Positions 56,761 to 64,000 of a stretch of DNA of 64,000 nucleotides are shown here, piece after piece (the first letter of the stretch is position 1; each line of letters begins with the position of its first letter). A model generated the notes under the pieces. It did not search any database, had not been told where the DNA came from, and was given only the letters and a program-made list of their open reading frames with translations. The DNA is from the human T2T-CHM13v2.0 reference genome, Homo sapiens: assembly GCF_009914755.1 (NCBI RefSeq), contig NC_060935.1; one strand, 5' to 3'. A program made the position numbers and the translations under genes.

Positions 56761-58301
56761 GGGAAAGAAAAAGAGTAATATATGTGGCAGAGTTTGTGTA
56801 ACTGGTAGTTCTCCAAATTAACTTCCATGTAGAATAAAATAATTTTTAGTGAATAAATTTAAAAAGAGATAATTTGAAGCTTACACACATATTATTATAA
56901 TGCAACAGTAACTGTAGCAATTGCTTAGAACTTAGATTAACTTTTTTTTTTTTGTTAAGGGTCATTGTATCACTAACATTGCCTAGAATTGTTGTACAAG
57001 GTGATAATAAAAATCAGATTGACTTTTAGTTTGTTTTATTACTATTTAAACTTTTTTTTTTACAGACAATTCACCCCTTATTTCTGCACCCGGGCCAGGC
57101 TGCTCTTACCTCTCAACCCTGTTACCCACTGGTTCTCAGTATGCGCCTGAGATCCCAGGGAAGGTGCTTGGAATAGATCTGAGTATTCTGCCTGAGACAG
57201 GACTTGGAGTGACTCTGGTAAGAGTCCAGGTGGAGCCCCTGAGGAGGTGTTGGTAGTGACCACAGTCAGTCTGGCAGGATTGAGGAAAGTGGTCCCAATC
57301 AATGTTTTGGGAGGCAGCTGAAGAAAAAAGATCCCAGCCTCTAAGAGAATTTTTGTCCGCAAACTCTGCTGGAAGAAGGGGGTTGGATCTGCTGATACCA
57401 CTGCAGAGAACCCCTAAATGCCTGCATCCTATTCTGCAGGAGCCTCTGTGAAGCAGTGTTTGGGGAGCCAGTTTAGGGGAACACAGCAAAGTGTTCGATC
57501 AGGGGTTTAGTGATGATGGTAGGAAGCAATTATTGATTAAACCCCAAGCCGACTTCTATCTCTAGAATCCTGAATGTCTAGAAATAGCCTAGGAACTGGC
57601 TCTTTCTTGATATATATTAATTCTTACCCTCAGAGCAGGGTAATCCAACATTTTGGGAGGCACTGGACAAAGATACAGCCTATCTCTAGTATCTTATGGA
57701 ATGATGATCATATTGGGTGATCAGTTGAAATGAGTTTTTCAGAGTCACCAGGATATTGAGGATAACAACAAATCAAAACACACCCCAAGCTGAAACAAGA
57801 AGCCTTGTAAGCAACTGAATTTAGGAAAATTAACTCCTGATTTACATGTAACTAAAGTTGAGGTGGTCCAGGGTGAACGGAGGGGCAGAATTTGGATAGA
57901 ATCAGCACAATCCTCTACAGTGACTTCATTCTGGAAATGGTGACTAGCTGTTTCCGACTTGGCTTATTCTCTTCATGTGGTGTTCTTTCCCCTCCCTGCT
58001 TTATTTCCTTCTATTATTAGTGAGATGAACTGCCTGCTGCAGAAATTATAAGGTCTTTCAAGGTCAAAGAAGGACTCTGACTCATGTATCCCATTTCCTC
58101 TCCCCTCCCTTTTATACCCAAGCTAGCACTGTGCTTTCTAAGTTTGAAAAGTTTACAAGTTCATAAAAAAGAAAAAAAACCTTAAAAAATCTTAAAAAAT
58201 AGAAAGCTTTGATTTCTTTGTGTTTCTTGATGACTTCACCTTTACTTAGCACAATTATTTATCCTCTCCTTTCTCTTTTATTTGCTAGTTATTGAGAATT
58301 T

Positions 58302-58605
58302 TTAATTTATATTTTATTCTTTTGAGACAGGGTCTTACTCTGTTGCCCAGGCTGGGGTGCAGTGGTGAGCTCTCTGCTCACTGCAACCTCTGCCTCCTGG
58401 GCTCAAGGGATCCTTCCATCTCAGCCTCCTGAGTAGCTGGGACTACAGGTATGTGCCACCATACCCAGCTAATTTTTGTATTTTTTGTAGAGATGGGGTC
58501 TCACTGTGTTGCCCAAGCTGGTCTCAAACTCCTGGGCTCAAGCAATCCTCCCACCTCAGCCTCTCAAAGTGCTGAAATTACAGGTATGAGCCACTACACC
58601 TGGCC
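58302..58605 (-). mobile_element. AluJ
   Basis: TSD GTTATTGAGAATTT. Confidence 0.9.
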
Positions 58606-59019
58606 TGTTATTGAGAATTTATTGTGTGGCTAGGCCCATTTCTTGTCAGCTACCTTTCATTAGACCTCAACACCAAATATCTCTCTGACTGTGCCTCTGT
58701 GTGGTATTTCCCATTATCTGTGACCTTTTACTACTGGATTTAAATTATTAAAAGGATCTCTCCAGTTTACCTTTTCCTATGAGCCTGAACTCAAACATGT
58801 TACTGACTGTGCTATTTGCAAAGCATCTGATTTGTTTTTGCTTTGGGTCCTTTCTCTCATCCTCACTCGTATATTTCTGCACCACCAGAAATTGGTTCTT
58901 TTCTTTATTCCCTACTTATCTATTTTGGAAAGCTTTGAATCAGATAAAAGTTGGGCAATAGGCACATCAGAGGAAAAAATAGCTATAAACTGGATTCATT
59001 TGGAAGGAGACTTACTGAT

Positions 59020-59395
59020 CATCCAGTCAAAGGGCTCTTAGCTTTTGTTGTGCCTTTTGACCAAGACTGAGCAATCTTAATCTTCCGAGAATAATACTTT
59101 TAAATGCATGAAAGAAAATACAAAGGAATACAAAGGAAGCCAATTATGTTGTTTTCAAAATATTTTTTTAAAATCTCTAATTGGTGACATCATAATATGT
59201 GCTGTTTAGAATTAGAATAATTGAGACTAATACTATTGTGGTTTGCCACCTACATACAAATGGAAGAAAATGCTACATTGCAGTAACAGGTCAATAAAAA
59301 TAAAGACATATTTTTTTCCCATTCAAGTTTATGCACCTCCTGAATTTTATTCATTGACTCCTTGGGTGTCAGACCTCCAGATTAAGAACACCTGA
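59020..59395. mobile_element. hAT-Charlie-type DNA transposon remnant
   Basis: Ends ...CCAGATTAAGAACACCTG, resembling Charlie-type termini. Confidence 0.5.
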
Positions 59396-59539
59396 GTTAT
59401 TGTGCAGGTGAGGAAACGGAGGAAAGCCCTTGTGAAAAAAGTTGAGAGGTCTTATTCTTTGAAAGAGAAGAACTACATTTGAATTCCAGTATAGCTCAGT
59501 AAACATCAAGTCACTACCTTCAACCCCACCCCAAGTTTC

Positions 59540-59905
<366 letters not shown>

Positions 59906-60415
59906 TAGCCATGTGGAATTCACTAGATAACTGTTCTTATAAGGTGTATAATGTAGTGAGGAGTTAAACATTAAACAGATATGTAGAAGTGAGTTTACAT
60001 GCTTAGAAAGGAACAATATGAGTTTTTCTGGAATAATGGAGGACATTTAAAGTGTGTACAGTTTAGTAGGTTATGGAAGGCTTCTCTGAGGAAATGATGT
60101 CTAAGCTGGGACCTAAGGATAAATAGGAGTAGGCTAGATGAAAAAGTAGGGGAAGAGTGTTCTGAATGAAAGAAATGGCATGTTTGAGGGCCTAGAGGAA
60201 AAATCCTTTCTGGACTGAAGAAAAGTTCACTGTGGCTGGAGGAGTGAATGGAAAGGGGTGAGCATTGAGGCTGGAGTGAGACATGGATCCCATTGTGTAT
60301 GAATATATACTATAAATCATTTTAATAATTTTGAACTCTGTCTTAAAAGGTAGTGGGAAGCCACTGTAGCATTTTAGGTAGAGAAATGACGTGATCAGAT
60401 TTCCATTTAAAATAT

Positions 60416-61002
<587 letters not shown>

Positions 61003-61584
61003 TGGGTCTCTTTGTCTTAGGTTGTGGAAAATGGAGAGGGGGAGCAACAGCAGAGTCAGGGAAACCAGTTAGGAAGTTTTTGTGGTAGTGCAGATAAGAA
61101 GATGGTGACTTGGTAGAAGTGGGGGTTCATTCATTCATTCAACAAATGCTTACAGAATATTTTTAGGGTCCTGATAGGCAACAGATGACACACTTAAATT
61201 ATGTAAGATATGGATTGGATTTAGGAAAGCCAACAAAAACAATGGTGCAGGACCTCAGGCTAGCAATATCAGAACCATTACCACCTTGAGGCTTGAAGGG
61301 GCAAGGGTGGGGAACAATTCCCTGGGGGAGGGTCACTGTATGGTGGGAGCGATGCAGCGGGAGGGAAGGATGTGTGGGAAGGGACCTAGGGGAATCAATA
61401 GCCAGAACTCACTCTCCTTTTTCCTTTTGATCTTTTGCTGGTACTTCCCTGTGGCCTCACCCACTCAGAAACCAGAGGGCAATGGAGCCCAGTTTCAGGT
61501 CACACAACAGGACACAGAAGGATGGAGAGTGTATCTGGGACACAAACAGAAAATATTCCCCACAAACAATTTTTAAAAAAACCT

Positions 61585-61845
<261 letters not shown>

Positions 61846-62739
61846 AACCATACCAAGCCCCTACATTCATAGGGCTTATATTCTAGGAACGCTCTCTTCA
61901 AACTTAGGTATGCACACTGTGGGGGTTGATGGGACTTTCTAGGAGATACACATGTATAGATAGTTTTACAGTAATTTCTTTCAGGTCCTCAACATCCATA
62001 TGTTTCTTTTCCAAAATTGATCTGCCCAAGAATATGTCTATTGTAGAAATAGCATTGTTATTCTTCTTTCCCACCTCCGCTTACACATTGACCCTTCACT
62101 CATTTTAAAAAAGAAAGCTATTCTTCTTGCCCATTTTCAATCTTATGGCACATTGTCCTGAATAAAAAATCCAAGGGGTAAAACAGAGGAACAAATCAAA
62201 ATATTGGTGTATATGAAGCCTCCTTTTCCTTGCTTATACGTTTCTGTTAAGAAAAAAAATGTGGCATTAGAAATGGTATTTTTGTCTCTTCTAAATCTTC
62301 TTATGTAAAAAAGAAAAAAAAAGAAATGGTATTTTTGGCTCATGATAGACTATACTAAAACCAGATATGTTGTAGTAAGGACAGCAAGAATAATAATTTT
62401 TGTTGAATGATTTCATCTCTTTTGACTGCTGACAATTGCTAAAGCAAACCAACAAACAAAAACATCATTCCTAAAGGAAAGTTCTGTTAAGAAAATCATA
62501 GAGATTACTGTTAAGAAGTAGTGAAGGTGATACTAATTTAATTCATATGACAAATTTTTGGCAACATCACTTACCCATAATTAGAATATTCAAGATTTAT
62601 AAAAATCATGCTGGGAAATGTAACATACATTCTATAACATGTATCCTTTGCATTTGCATAAATTTCACAAATGAGAAAAAGCTTAATGAGTATTTTTGTT
62701 CACTTAGGTCCAGGTGCATATTTCATAAAATTTCAGTAA

Positions 62740-63085
<346 letters not shown>

Positions 63086-63789
63086 TGCTTCTACCACTTT
63101 AATGTTACATGTAAGAGAAAAAACAATATATATTGCAAGTAAGTTAACCATGTACATTTATTCAAACTCATGGGAGAAACATTTTTATTAGCTTTTTTTT
63201 TTTTAAAAAAAAAGCTTTATTGAGCTAAATTCACATACCAGAAAGTTCTTCCATTAGCTTTTGATAGAGGTTGGGGTCCTATAAATATGTATTTATTTTT
63301 ACCCTCGCTCATGACTTACTTGTTACTCTTCAACCAATTTTCTTGTAATTTATTCATTCCTATCATCGATTTAAGAAATTTAGATTAGCTTTATTTGAAT
63401 ATTTGGTTAATTCTATTGTAAAAATCCTTCTGTAACAATAATTAATACACGTTTTAAGCCCCTGCACTTCTAAGCAGCCCAGTACCTTTACTTTTTGCTC
63501 TTAATCTCTACTAAACCCAGTCACATTTTAACATTGGGTATTTTATTCATTTAAGGATAAGGGAACTAATTAAAAAAAACTTGCCCTGTTCTTGTCTTTA
63601 GAAGATGTATTTTAATAAAAAATGTACTCTTTCTATTTAAGAATTATTTATCACAGATTTGTAAAATACTTTGTTTCGCTTAGTTCTATACTATAAAACT
63701 GAAATGGTAACTAAACCTGTAAGAAATCAGTTGAAATTTACATTTCAAATTTATACGCATATTTTGTGGCCCAAGTCATGTATGCTACT

Positions 63790-64000
63790 CTTATAACTGA
63801 CAAAGGGGTTGTGGACAGAATATGTAAAGGACTCCTAGAAAATCAACACAAGATAAAAATGGGTGAAAAACTTGAGTAGGCATTTTATGAAAGTGAATAT
63901 TCAAATAGCCAATAAAGGACAAAAATGTAAAACTTCATTATTAATTAAGGAAATACATATTAAAACCATATTGAAATAGTACTATATACTCCAGAATGGC
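63790..64000 (+). mobile_element. Old L1M fragment, continues past window
   Basis: CAGAATATGTAAAGGACTCC..AAAATGGG.. ORF2 3' end-like sequence. Confidence 0.55.

Noticed and set aside
57066-57150. PYFC peptide suggesting a TRIM B30.2 C-terminus
   Set aside because: Four-residue match only; surrounding sequence lacks SPRY motifs.

Overview
Human (hominid) genomic DNA, recognisable as the 11p15.4 DCHS1-MRPL17 interval; all genes lie on the minus strand. The window holds the 5' part of DCHS1 (non-coding exon 1 in a CpG island at about 18.0-18.3 kb, a 13.8-kb intron 1, and a 1.9-kb exon 2 encoding the signal peptide and about five cadherin repeats), the complete three-exon MRPL17 gene (175 aa) with an NRF1/ETS/CTCF CpG-island promoter, and a processed RPL21 pseudogene. 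The rest is dense interspersed repeat (Alu, L1, L2, MIR, MaLR, DNA transposons, SVA). The most unusual object is a 7.6-kb LTR8/HUERS-P1-like endogenous retrovirus at 49163-56760 with the shape of an RNA (R-U5-PBS-internal-PPT-U3-R-polyA) rather than a provirus, suggesting L1-mediated retroposition. Other notable items are a DCHS1 5' leader that is stop-free in frame with the CDS and contains a uORF, a template-switch-like inversion scar in an old L1, an L1 5'/ORF1-only insertion with a TSD, and an unexplained 44-bp direct repeat pair. No prokaryotic-type system (CRISPR, operon) is present. Repeat subfamily names come from recalled consensus similarity, not a database search, and boundaries of old repeats are approximate.
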